Part shown: one piece after another, positions 17,484 through 25,431 of the stretch
Layout: each line of letters begins with the position of its first letter
How positions within the stretch are numbered: the first letter of the stretch is position 1
IMG/VR virus record: IMGVR_UViG_3300032104_000122
Span: 1 to 27,399 of that record
Strand: one strand, 5' to 3'
Source: a virus
Taxonomy: Duplodnaviria; Caudoviricetes
DNA: 27,399 nt
Made by a program: the position numbers and the translations under genes
Notes under the pieces: generated by a model
Databases searched by the model: none
Told to the model about the DNA's origin: nothing
Seen by the model: only the letters and a program-made list of their open reading frames with translations

Positions 17484-17512
17484 AGGAAATCCAATCCAAA
17501 AGGAGGACTATC

Positions 17513-18262
17513 ATGGCGGAAACGACCATGGGCGCGGCGTTGAAGCGCGGGGGTGTCAACGAGGCGTTTTCGCGGCTCCATACTTTGGCGTGGGATTGCC
17601 TGCGCGCCGCGGGCAGGAATCCGACCGCCGCGCTGGAATCCTTTTCCAACGCGGTAAGGACCGACGCCGCGCTGGTGGTCGAGGCCATCGGCGGCAAGCA
17701 ATTGGACGTGGCGTTGCTGGGGATTTTGAAAAGCCGCGCTGCCGACATGAATCACAACACCGGGACGGGGAGCGAGGGCCACCAGGCGATTGATGCCCAG
17801 ATCGGGCTTGCCCCCGCTTCGGCTGGCGGACGAGACGGCGACAAGGACCACTCCCCGTTTGATGCCCATAAATCCTGTGTCCCGCCGTCTCGTCCCGCCC
17901 GCGAACCGACGACGGTCGAGCGCACCGCGGCGGTGCGCGCTGCAAAGACGGCGGCGAAATCGATTGCCGACAGCTTCCGTGTCGGCGCGCTCGGCGGCCA
18001 GTTGCTCGGCGACATCGCGCCGTCGTCCTATGAGCGCATGATCTTCGCCGCCGGGCGCGAGCGTTTTCTCGGCCGGCTGCTGAAGGCGTGGCGCGACCAC
18101 AAGGCGGCGCACATCCCGAGCACGGCGCGAACACGCGACATCGTGCCGGAAAAAATCCTCGTCCGCATGGTGGCGTTCGCCAAGTACACGACGACGCACG
18201 GCATCGAGTTCATCGACGACAGCGTGCTGCTCGAGCAAATGGAGCAATCCGATGCGGTCTGA
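17513..18262 (+). CDS. Hypothetical Tas-associated protein carrying two guide units in its central linker
   Basis: Strong SD AAGGAGGA; stop overlaps the start of the tas gene; helical N- and C-terminal regions. Confidence 0.75.
   Translation: MAETTMGAALKRGGVNEAFSRLHTLAWDCLRAAGRNPTAALESFSNAVRTDAALVVEAIGGKQLDVALLGILKSRAADMNHNTGTGSEGHQAIDAQIGLAPASAGGRDGDKDHSPFDAHKSCVPPSRPAREPTTVERTAAVRAAKTAAKSIADSFRVGALGGQLLGDIAPSSYERMIFAAGRERFLGRLLKAWRDHKAAHIPSTARTRDIVPEKILVRMVAFAKYTTTHGIEFIDDSVLLEQMEQSDAV
17770..17820 (+). ncRNA. TIGR-like stem-loop guide unit 1
   Basis: CCA-CCAGGCGAT-TGATGCCCA-GATCGGGCT-TG closed by GAGCGAGGGC/GCCCCCGCTT. Confidence 0.8.
17828..17895 (+). ncRNA. TIGR-like stem-loop guide unit 2
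   Basis: CCA-CTCCCCGTT-TGATGCCCA-TAAATCCTG-TG; perfect 13-bp outer stem GGACGAGACGGCG/CGCCGTCTCGTCC. Confidence 0.82.
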
Positions 18263-19082
18263 AACCCCCGAGGCTATCGCCGGCATCCGGTACCATCATC
18301 GCCAGCGCATCTACGCGATGGAAACGCGGAAGGCGATGGATTTACGCCTTGGTTGGCTCGTCAAGATGGATTTGGGGTGGTCGAGAACGCTGTCAAAGAC
18401 CGAGCGGGACGCCATCGCCGCGCGGGCGGCGGACCTTGTAAAAATCGGCGCGGCCTTGACGAAAGGCAAGATGGTCGATATCCCAGGCGACTTCGCGCGG
18501 CTCGAAGATGTCATTCTGGCCACCCTTGCGGCGCGAACGCCGTTCGCCGCGATCGAGAAAGCCGCCGAAAAAGAAATGGCCAGGCTGGCACAGGAGCTCG
18601 CCGTCTGGCAATGGGCGGCGCCGATCCGCGGCTTCGGCCCGGTGTCGCTTGCCGTCATCATCGCCGAGGCGGGGGACCTGTCCAACTACCCGACCATCGC
18701 CAAGCTGTGGACGCGCATGATGCTCGGACTGGTGGACGGCATCCGGCAAGGCGGCCTGCCGAAGACGGCGACGGCGGCCGAATGGATCAGGCACGGGTAC
18801 AACAAGAAACGCCGGTCGCGCATGTGGAACATCGGACAGGCGCTGGTCAAAGGCAACCGCGACGGTGCCTATCGTGCGGTCTATCTGGCGCGCAAGGACT
18901 ATGAACGAGCCAGGGCCGAGGCGGCGGGCCTGACGGTGGCGCCCTCGGCAAGCATCCCGAAGGACCGCAAAGACGAATTCATGTCGCTCGGCCACATCGA
19001 CCACCGGGCGCAACGGGTCATGGAGAAACGCCTGCTCGTGGATTTGTGGCAGGCGTGGCGGGAGACCACCATAGAGGTGTAG
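18252..19082 (+). CDS. tasA: TasA-like Nop-domain RNA-guided protein (IS110 C-terminal-like, no nuclease domain)
   Basis: Coiled coil, then IRGFGPVSLAVIIAEAGDLSNYPTIAKLW, GYNKKRRS, YRAVY..RK, GHIDHRAQRVMEKRLLVDLWQAWR; no DEDD RuvC or HNH; flanked by guide units. Confidence 0.8.
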   Translation: MRSETPEAIAGIRYHHRQRIYAMETRKAMDLRLGWLVKMDLGWSRTLSKTERDAIAARAADLVKIGAALTKGKMVDIPGDFARLEDVILATLAARTPFAAIEKAAEKEMARLAQELAVWQWAAPIRGFGPVSLAVIIAEAGDLSNYPTIAKLWTRMMLGLVDGIRQGGLPKTATAAEWIRHGYNKKRRSRMWNIGQALVKGNRDGAYRAVYLARKDYERARAEAAGLTVAPSASIPKDRKDEFMSLGHIDHRAQRVMEKRLLVDLWQAWRETTIEV

Positions 19083-19106
19083 CCCATCCACGCGCTGTCT
19101 CCCGCC
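19057..19106 (+). ncRNA. TIGR-like stem-loop guide unit 3 (overlaps the tas stop codon)
   Basis: CCA-CCATAGAGG-TGTAGCCCA-TCCACGCGC-TG; perfect 10-bp stem GGCGGGAGAC/GTCTCCCGCC. Confidence 0.82.
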
Positions 19107-19132
19107 GATATTTCGGACGCCGCGTGAGCGGC

Positions 19133-19186
19133 AGGGTGCGGGGCCAGATCCAGCCTGATGCCCAGGGCCACGACGCCCCGCACCCT
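19133..19186 (+). ncRNA. TIGR-like stem-loop guide unit 4
   Basis: CCA-GATCCAGCC-TGATGCCCA-GGGCCACGA-CG; perfect 12-bp stem AGGGTGCGGGGC/GCCCCGCACCCT. Confidence 0.82.
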
Positions 19187-19200
19187 TTTCTCGATGCGCG

Positions 19201-19267
19201 GATCAGTCAACGCGAAGGCGGCAAGGTGACGCGGCACATGTGTTTCTTTGCCGACAAGGGATTGTAG
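19201..19267 (+). repeat. Right copy of 67-bp direct repeat (orphan gpW 3' end abutting the portal ATG)
   Basis: Encodes ISQREGGKVTRHMCFFADKGL versus ISQQEGGKVTRHIRVFADKGL in gpW. Confidence 0.92.
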
Positions 19268-20764
19268 ATGAAAGTCGCTCTCGACATCGGCGGGTTCAAT
19301 GTTTCATTAGCGGCGACGAGGACCGGGGGTGCCTATGAGGGGGCGACCACCGGGCGCCGAGCGAGGGGCTGGATCGCTCCCGACGTGGGCCCGACCCGGG
19401 CGATTCTCGATTCGGCCGACCTCGTGCGCAACCGCGCCCGGCAGCTTGGCCGCAACAATCCATGGGCGGGGAACGGGCTCGACGCCTTCGTCGCCAACTG
19501 CGTGGGAACCGGGATCAGGCCGCGGTCGAAGGCGGCCGACGGGGGCACGCGCGAACGCATTCAGGAATTATGGGAAGAGTGGATCGACGACGCGGATGCC
19601 GATCAGACCCTCAATTTCTATGGGCTTCAAGGGCTGGTCGCGCGCGGTCTCGTCGAGACCGGCGAGGTCTTCGTCCGGGTTCGCCGGCGCCGCCTCGGCG
19701 ACGGGCTCACCGTGCCGCTGCAAATCCAGGTTCTCGAGGCCGACCACGTGCCGCTCAATCTTAACCGGCTGGTGAGCGGCCGCAACGTGATCCGCGCCGG
19801 CATCGAGTTCAACGCCGTCGGCCGCCGCGTCGCCTACCACATGCATCCGACCCATCCCGACGATCCGGCGATCGTGCTGAGGGCGGCCTTTGCGAAACGG
19901 GTGAACGCAAACGACGTGATCCACGTCTTCCGGCCGCTGAGGCCGGGCCAAATCCGCGGCATCTCGTGGATGTCGCGGGTGCTGGTCAAACTGTTCGAGC
20001 TCGACCAGTACGACGACGCCGAACTGGTGCGGAAAAAAACCGCCGCCCTGTTCGCCGGGTTCGTCACCAAGCAGGCCGACGATACCAGCATCCTCGGCGA
20101 AGCCACCGACTCGGACGAGACCGAGGTCGAGGTCGGTCTTGAACCCGGGACAATGCAGGTCCTGCTGCCGGGCGAGGATTTGAAGTTCTCGGAACCGGCG
20201 GATGTCGGCGGCTCTTACGAACAGTTTATCAACACACAATTGAGGGCGGTCGCCGCCGGCATGGGCGTCACCTTCGAGCAGCTCACCGGCGACATGAGTA
20301 AGGTCAACTTTTCATCGATCCGTGCCGGCCTCATCGAGTTTCGCCGGCGGTGCACGATGTTCCAGCAGAACATTCTCAATTTTCAATTTAACCGGCGGGT
20401 ATGGCGCGAATGGCTGGCGCAGGCGGTGCTGGCCGGCGCGCTTGATATGGCGCCCGCGCGTTCGCTCGATCGTTCGGTCACGGCCGTCAAGTGGATCGGC
20501 CAGGGCTTCGAATGGGTCGATCCGCTCAAGGAACAGCAGGCGCAGCAATCAGCGGTCAGGAATGCCTTCAAGAGCCGTTCCGAAGTCGTCGCCCAGATGG
20601 GACGCGATATCGAAGACGTGGATGACGAGATCACCGCCGACAACGAGCGCGCCGACCGTCTCGGCATCGTTGCCGACAGCGACCCCAGAAAGGTCTCGAA
20701 GGGCGGCGGCGCGCAGGGACCCGAACAGCTGGAGTTTTTCGAGCAAGAACGCGAGGCGAGTTGA
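19268..20764 (+). CDS. Portal protein, lambda family
   Basis: RNRARQLGRNN, GIEFN..GRRVAYH, RPGQIRG, LTGDMSKVNFSSIRAG, WVDPLKE. Confidence 0.96.
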   Translation: MKVALDIGGFNVSLAATRTGGAYEGATTGRRARGWIAPDVGPTRAILDSADLVRNRARQLGRNNPWAGNGLDAFVANCVGTGIRPRSKAADGGTRERIQELWEEWIDDADADQTLNFYGLQGLVARGLVETGEVFVRVRRRRLGDGLTVPLQIQVLEADHVPLNLNRLVSGRNVIRAGIEFNAVGRRVAYHMHPTHPDDPAIVLRAAFAKRVNANDVIHVFRPLRPGQIRGISWMSRVLVKLFELDQYDDAELVRKKTAALFAGFVTKQADDTSILGEATDSDETEVEVGLEPGTMQVLLPGEDLKFSEPADVGGSYEQFINTQLRAVAAGMGVTFEQLTGDMSKVNFSSIRAGLIEFRRRCTMFQQNILNFQFNRRVWREWLAQAVLAGALDMAPARSLDRSVTAVKWIGQGFEWVDPLKEQQAQQSAVRNAFKSRSEVVAQMGRDIEDVDDEITADNERADRLGIVADSDPRKVSKGGGAQGPEQLEFFEQEREAS

Positions 20765-20770
20765 GATGCC
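20753..20770 (+). repeat. 18-bp perfect direct repeat GAGGCGAGTTGAGATGCC (second copy 21159-21176)
   Basis: Both copies span a stop codon and the next ATG, flanking the Arc-like gene. Confidence 0.92.
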
Positions 20771-21170
20771 GCGCAAGGTTAGGGGGATGGCAAAGCGGGC
20801 TCAGATCGCGGTTCGGTGCCCAGAAGAGTTACGGGTGAAGCTGGCCGCCGCCGCGAAAATAAATGAGGTGTCGCTTAATGCCGATATCATACGGCGACTC
20901 GATGCCTCGTTCGATATCGAGGAATCATTCGGCGGCCCCAGGTTGTTCAATCACATGCTCATGCTCAGCCGGCTTATCGCTGCGGTTGAGACGCAACACG
21001 GTAAGTCGTGGATCGAGGATCGCGCGACCTGCGACGATGCCGCCGAGGCGGCGAGCGCCTTTTTCGCCGTTCTTGGGCCGTTGCTAGCGGGCAAGAAGTT
21101 TCCGATAGGTAAAACCTTCGACGTTTTGGTGCTCAAGGCGTTCGTCGAAACCTTCAGAGAGGCGAGTTGA
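20766..21170 (+). CDS. Arc-family ribbon-helix-helix DNA-binding protein
   Basis: QIAVRCPEELRVKLAAAAKINEVSLNADIIRRLDASF. Confidence 0.85.
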   Translation: MPRKVRGMAKRAQIAVRCPEELRVKLAAAAKINEVSLNADIIRRLDASFDIEESFGGPRLFNHMLMLSRLIAAVETQHGKSWIEDRATCDDAAEAASAFFAVLGPLLAGKKFPIGKTFDVLVLKAFVETFREAS

Positions 21171-21171
21171 G

Positions 21172-22683
21172 ATGCCACTCAAGAACGAACACGCCTGCCG
21201 TCTGGTCGACCCCGGCAAGTTCCAGCCGAACAGCTTCAGGCGGTTGAACCGGGTCTCGAACGGCAAGGGCCTGGGCGTCATCATCGGCCGGCTGAAAGGC
21301 GAGACGACGACGACCGACCAGGCGTTCCGCTATCCGATCAAGGACTGGAGCGAGGGTGGGGCCCGGAAGCATTGTCGCGAACACCAGGGCATCCTGTTCG
21401 AGCCGGCGGTCAAGGACGCGGACGGCGGCGCCGGATCGTTCCTGCCGAACATCGCCGCCCGCGTGTTCGATACGCCGCTGCTGATCGACGCCGACAAGCT
21501 GAGCGCAATCCTGGCGGTCCTCGGGCGACGGATCGGGCTCGACGATTTGAGAGCCCTGGAGATCGCCGATCCCGAGCCGCCGCGGCCGTTCCGACTCTTC
21601 GCCGGTGGCGTCGCCGTCATCCCGGTGACCGGGACGCTGGTCCACAGATCGTTCGGGTTGCACCCGCTTTCGGGATTCACCAATTATGTCGGGCTCGAGG
21701 AGACGTTCCTCGACGCCATCGACGATCCGCAGGTCAACGCCATCGTCTTCGACATCGATAGTCCGGGCGGCGAGGCAAACGGCGTTTTCGACCTGTCGGA
21801 TACCATCCATGCGGCGCGCGGCACCAAGCCGATCTGGGCGGTCGCCAACGAAACGGCGCTGTCCGCCGCCTATGCGATCGCCAGCGCCGCCGACCACGTG
21901 GTCGTGCCGCGCACCGGCGCGCTCGGCAGCGTCGGCGTGCTCGCCGTGCATATCGACCAGTCCGAGAAGGACCGCAAGGAAGGGCTTAAATTCTCGTTCA
22001 TGACCGGCGGCGCGCGCAAGGCGGACGGCAATCCTCACCTGCCGCTGGACGACGAGGCCCGTTCCACCATCCAGGCCGAAGTCGACCGGGTGTTCGACCT
22101 GTTCGTCGACACCGTGGCGCGCAACAGACAGTTGTCGCCGGCGGTAATCCGCGAGATGGAAGGTGAGTCCGTGTTCGGACCGGACGCGGCGTCGTCAGGG
22201 CTCGCCGACGAGGTGGGCACATTCAAGGAATCCATGAAGGCGCTTACACGTCGGCTTCAACGGTTGCCGGCGATGACGGCGGCAAACACCAGAAAGGACA
22301 GAATTATGATCGATAACGAAGATCACACAATCGACGACGACGACATCCCTGCAAACGATAACGATCCCGATCCCGCGCCGGAGGCCGACGGAAACGTCGT
22401 CAACATCGATGACGCACGGGCCGAGGGCCGCGCTGAAAACGCACTGCACGCCGGTCAGATCGTGGAGCTTTGCGCGCTGGCCGGCAAACCAACCCTGGCG
22501 GCCAAGTTCATCACCGAACAGATCCCGCTGGAAAAGGTGCGCGAGGCATTGCTCGCCGGCCGGGCCGACGACGAAGACACCGAAATCGTGTCGAAGCATA
22601 CCGGCCAAGGCGCCGAGATGCCGCAGCCGCGGATCGACGCCGGCGAAATCTACCGCCACCGCGCCGAGCAAACCCACCGTTGA
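21172..22683 (+). CDS. S49 family head maturation protease (gpC-like) with extra N-terminal domain
   Basis: DIDSPGGE, ALSAAYAIASAAD, GSVGV, KADGNP. Confidence 0.93.
   Translation: MPLKNEHACRLVDPGKFQPNSFRRLNRVSNGKGLGVIIGRLKGETTTTDQAFRYPIKDWSEGGARKHCREHQGILFEPAVKDADGGAGSFLPNIAARVFDTPLLIDADKLSAILAVLGRRIGLDDLRALEIADPEPPRPFRLFAGGVAVIPVTGTLVHRSFGLHPLSGFTNYVGLEETFLDAIDDPQVNAIVFDIDSPGGEANGVFDLSDTIHAARGTKPIWAVANETALSAAYAIASAADHVVVPRTGALGSVGVLAVHIDQSEKDRKEGLKFSFMTGGARKADGNPHLPLDDEARSTIQAEVDRVFDLFVDTVARNRQLSPAVIREMEGESVFGPDAASSGLADEVGTFKESMKALTRRLQRLPAMTAANTRKDRIMIDNEDHTIDDDDIPANDNDPDPAPEADGNVVNIDDARAEGRAENALHAGQIVELCALAGKPTLAAKFITEQIPLEKVREALLAGRADDEDTEIVSKHTGQGAEMPQPRIDAGEIYRHRAEQTHR
22306..22683 (+). 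CDS. Nested in-frame scaffolding protein (Nu3-like)
   Basis: Internal AGAAAGGA SD before in-frame ATG 22306; acidic low-complexity start, as in lambda C/Nu3. Confidence 0.65.
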   Translation: MIDNEDHTIDDDDIPANDNDPDPAPEADGNVVNIDDARAEGRAENALHAGQIVELCALAGKPTLAAKFITEQIPLEKVREALLAGRADDEDTEIVSKHTGQGAEMPQPRIDAGEIYRHRAEQTHR

Positions 22684-22777
22684 CGGCCGCGCCCAGCCGG
22701 GCGCGGCGGCATGCCTGCCTTCCATACGACGTCGGGAGGCGGGTACGAATCGTGAGATAAAACAGGAGTAAAATCAG

Positions 22778-23425
22778 ATGACGACATTGACCGAAGGCCA
22801 GCACGCGGGCGAGTTTCTCGTCTCCGAGGCGCCGGGCAGGCGCTCGCGCGAGGAAGTGACCGTGATCCTCGGCCAGAACCTCAAGGCCGGGGCGGTGCTC
22901 GGCGAGATCACCATCGACCCCGCGACCATCACCTCGACCGCCGGTTCCGGCAACACCGGTGACGGCGCGATGGGCGCGGTGACCGCCGGGGCCGGCGTCC
23001 AGGCCGGACGCTACCGACTGGTCATCATCGAAACGATCGCCGCGCTCGGCACATTCACCGTCGAGGACCCGAACGGGGTCGAGATCGGCCAGGGAAATGT
23101 TGGGACGGCGTTCTCCGGCGAGATCGCCTTCACCCTCGCCGACGGCGCCGTCGATTTCATCGCCGGCGATGCGTTCTCGATCGACGTGGCGGTAGGCTCG
23201 CTGAAACACACCGAGATGGATCCTGCCAACACCGACGGTTCCCAGAAGGCCGTGGCCGTGCTGTGGGGCGCCGTCGACGCGACGGTGGCCGACAAGAAAG
23301 GCGTGGCGATCGTGCGCGACGCCGAGGTCAACAAGACCGAGGTCGTGTTCTTCACCGGCGCCACCCAGCCGCAAAAGGACACGGCGTTCGGCGAGCTTGG
23401 CGAAGCCGGCGTCATCGGCCGGTAA
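22778..23425 (+). CDS. Head decoration protein (gpD-like) with beta-rich insertion
   Basis: SREEVTV...LKAGAVLG...DGSQKAVAVL...VRDAEV; AGGAG SD. Confidence 0.88.
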   Translation: MTTLTEGQHAGEFLVSEAPGRRSREEVTVILGQNLKAGAVLGEITIDPATITSTAGSGNTGDGAMGAVTAGAGVQAGRYRLVIIETIAALGTFTVEDPNGVEIGQGNVGTAFSGEIAFTLADGAVDFIAGDAFSIDVAVGSLKHTEMDPANTDGSQKAVAVLWGAVDATVADKKGVAIVRDAEVNKTEVVFFTGATQPQKDTAFGELGEAGVIGR

Positions 23426-23448
23426 ACCGCGCCGACGTTCAACCGGTA

Positions 23449-23472
23449 AGCCGGCCCACGGGCCGGCTTTTT
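23449..23472 (+). terminator. Intrinsic terminator-like hairpin between the decoration and capsid genes
   Basis: AGCCGGCC-CACG-GGCCGGCT followed by TTTT. Confidence 0.65.
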
Positions 23473-23504
23473 GATTCGAAAACCAAGGCCAGGAGGGCCA
23501 CACC

Positions 23505-24512
23505 ATGCCTATTCTTGACGTATTCAGCACCGACGCCTTCTCGACCCTGCGTCTCACCGACGCGGTCAACAAGATGCCGTTCGTCCCCGGCCGCGCCCGA
23601 CGCCTCGGCATCTTTGTCGAAAGCGGCATCACGACCACGACCATCGCGGTCGAGGAACGCGACGGGTTCCTCAAGCTGCTGCCGGACCGCGCGCGCGGCG
23701 CGCCGGCCGACCAGTTCGAGGTGAAAAAGCGCAACCTCCGCGACCTGCGCGTGCCGCACTTCGTGCTCGACGACACGGTCACCGCCGACGAGCTGCAAGA
23801 TGTCCGCGCGTTCGGCTCGGAGATGGCGCTCGAAGGCGTGCAGCAGGTCGTCAACCAGCGGCTCGGCGAGATGATGTCGAGCCACGACGCCACGGTGGAG
23901 TTCGGCAGCATCGGCGCGATCAAGGGGATCATCCTCGATGCCGACGGGACGACCGTGATTCACGACCTGTTCACCATCTTCGGGATCACCCAGACGAGCG
24001 TGGACTTCGTCCTCGGCACTGCGGCGACGAAAATCAGGAAGAAGCTGTTCGAGGTCAAGCGGGCCATCGAGACCGCGCTGGGGGCGGCGACGTTCGAACG
24101 CATCCACGGCTTTGCCGGCAAGACATGGTTCGAGCGCTACATCAGCCACGCCGACGTGGAGAAAGCGTTCGATCGATTCCAGGACGGAGCGAGGTTGAGG
24201 GACGACCCGCGCTTCCAGGGCTTCGAATTCGCCGACGTCACCATCGAGGAATACCGTGGCAAGGTCAGCGGCGTCGACTTCGTCGCCGACAGCGAGGTCC
24301 ACTTCTTCCCGATCGGCGTGCCGAACCTGTTCAAATCGTACTTCGCGCCGGCGGACTTCATGGAGGCGGTGAACACGGTGGGCCTGCCGCGCTACGCCAA
24401 GCAGGCTCCGGACACCGAGTTCAACCGCTTCGTCAAGCTCCACACGCAGTCGAACCCGCTGTCGATCTGCGTGCGCCCGGGCGTCCTGGTCAAGGGCACC
24501 ACGTCGAACTGA
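23505..24512 (+). CDS. Major capsid protein (lambda gpE family)
   Basis: FS...LTDAVNKMP, VRAFGSE, GAIKGIILDADG, FAPADFMEAVNTVGLPRYAK, QSNPL..C.RP. Confidence 0.95.
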   Translation: MPILDVFSTDAFSTLRLTDAVNKMPFVPGRARRLGIFVESGITTTTIAVEERDGFLKLLPDRARGAPADQFEVKKRNLRDLRVPHFVLDDTVTADELQDVRAFGSEMALEGVQQVVNQRLGEMMSSHDATVEFGSIGAIKGIILDADGTTVIHDLFTIFGITQTSVDFVLGTAATKIRKKLFEVKRAIETALGAATFERIHGFAGKTWFERYISHADVEKAFDRFQDGARLRDDPRFQGFEFADVTIEEYRGKVSGVDFVADSEVHFFPIGVPNLFKSYFAPADFMEAVNTVGLPRYAKQAPDTEFNRFVKLHTQSNPLSICVRPGVLVKGTTSN

Positions 24513-24521
24513 CCATCGATC

Positions 24522-24845
24522 ATGACGATTGAAAATGCCTTCGCCATGGCGGCGGACGATTTGTTCGGCGATGCAAACCTGACCGTCGAGGCGACTTACA
24601 CGCCGGCCGGAGGCCTCGCGGTAACGCTGCCGATCGTCCTGCGCCGGCCGGATCAGGAGATTAACCTCGGCGTATCGGGTTTGCAGGTCACCTCATGGCA
24701 GGCCAAGGCGCGCGCCAAGGATCTGCCGCCGGCGGCGGCGCCAGGCGACGGCCTGGCCATCGGCGCCGACACCTTCACCGTTCGCCAAATCGAACGCGAC
24801 GCCTTGAACCTTGTCGTGTCGCTCGATCTGGACAAGAACACGTGA
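24522..24845 (+). CDS. Head-tail adaptor (FII-like)
   Basis: Position and size; D.LF.D....EATYTP, GD.L.IG...F.V motifs. Confidence 0.75.
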   Translation: MTIENAFAMAADDLFGDANLTVEATYTPAGGLAVTLPIVLRRPDQEINLGVSGLQVTSWQAKARAKDLPPAAAPGDGLAIGADTFTVRQIERDALNLVVSLDLDKNT

Positions 24846-24855
24846 GGTGCGACCG

Positions 24856-25425
24856 ATGGCCGATGGGATCACCGCGCGGCTGGTCGGGCTCGACAAGCTG
24901 CGGAAGGGGCTCGAACGGGCCGAACGGGCGAGCCGGATGAGCGTGAGAAAATCGGTCGACGAAAGCTCGCGCATCATCCAGCTCGAGGTGCGGCGCGACG
25001 TGGGCCGCATCTTCCGCAAGAACCGGCGCGCCCAAAATGCCGTGCGCAGGCAACTGTTCGACAACAAGGAGGACGGCACCGCCGCCCTCATCTTCTCCAA
25101 ATTCGGGCGCGCGGCGGACGGCCGGTTCGCCGATTTCCTCGGCCCCCACATCACCGGCCGCGACATCACGCCACGGCGCAAGCGGTTCCTGACGGTGCCG
25201 CTGCAACCGGGCCGGCGCAACCGGGATCCGTCGAAATTCCCGAATTTGAAAGCGATCAGGATCGCCGGCACGTTGTTCCTGGTCCGCTCGACCCGGCGGG
25301 CGACGATATTCATGTTCGTGCTGGTCAGGAGGATCGCCATCACCAAACGCATCCGCGCCGAGCGCGCGGTGCGCCGCGAGTTGCGCCAGATCGGCGACCG
25401 CGCGCGGCGCGCGTTCAGGTTCTAG
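24856..25425 (+). CDS. Basic neck/tail-completion protein (gpZ position)
   Basis: GAGGT SD; Arg-rich; ITPRRKRFLTVP; position. Confidence 0.65.
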   Translation: MADGITARLVGLDKLRKGLERAERASRMSVRKSVDESSRIIQLEVRRDVGRIFRKNRRAQNAVRRQLFDNKEDGTAALIFSKFGRAADGRFADFLGPHITGRDITPRRKRFLTVPLQPGRRNRDPSKFPNLKAIRIAGTLFLVRSTRRATIFMFVLVRRIAITKRIRAERAVRRELRQIGDRARRAFRF

Positions 25426-25431
25426 CGGACC

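Noticed and set aside
18252-19082. IS110 transposase / intact insertion sequence
   Set aside because: Only the C-terminal-like region is present; there is no DEDD RuvC domain and no serine-containing SG loop, and the flanking 9+9 units fit TIGR guides better
17770-19186. CRISPR array
   Set aside because: Repeats are 3-9 nt, variable parts are 9 nt, units are not evenly tandem, and there are no cas genes
19367-19375. Self-targeting by guides: single 9-mer matches (GGCTGGATC here; CCAGGCGAT 8292 and 11777; GGGCCACGA 10564 and 15844; GATCGGGCT 21531)
   Set aside because: The partner spacer does not match alongside any of them, and single GC-rich 9-mers are expected by chance; the search was by eye and not exhaustive
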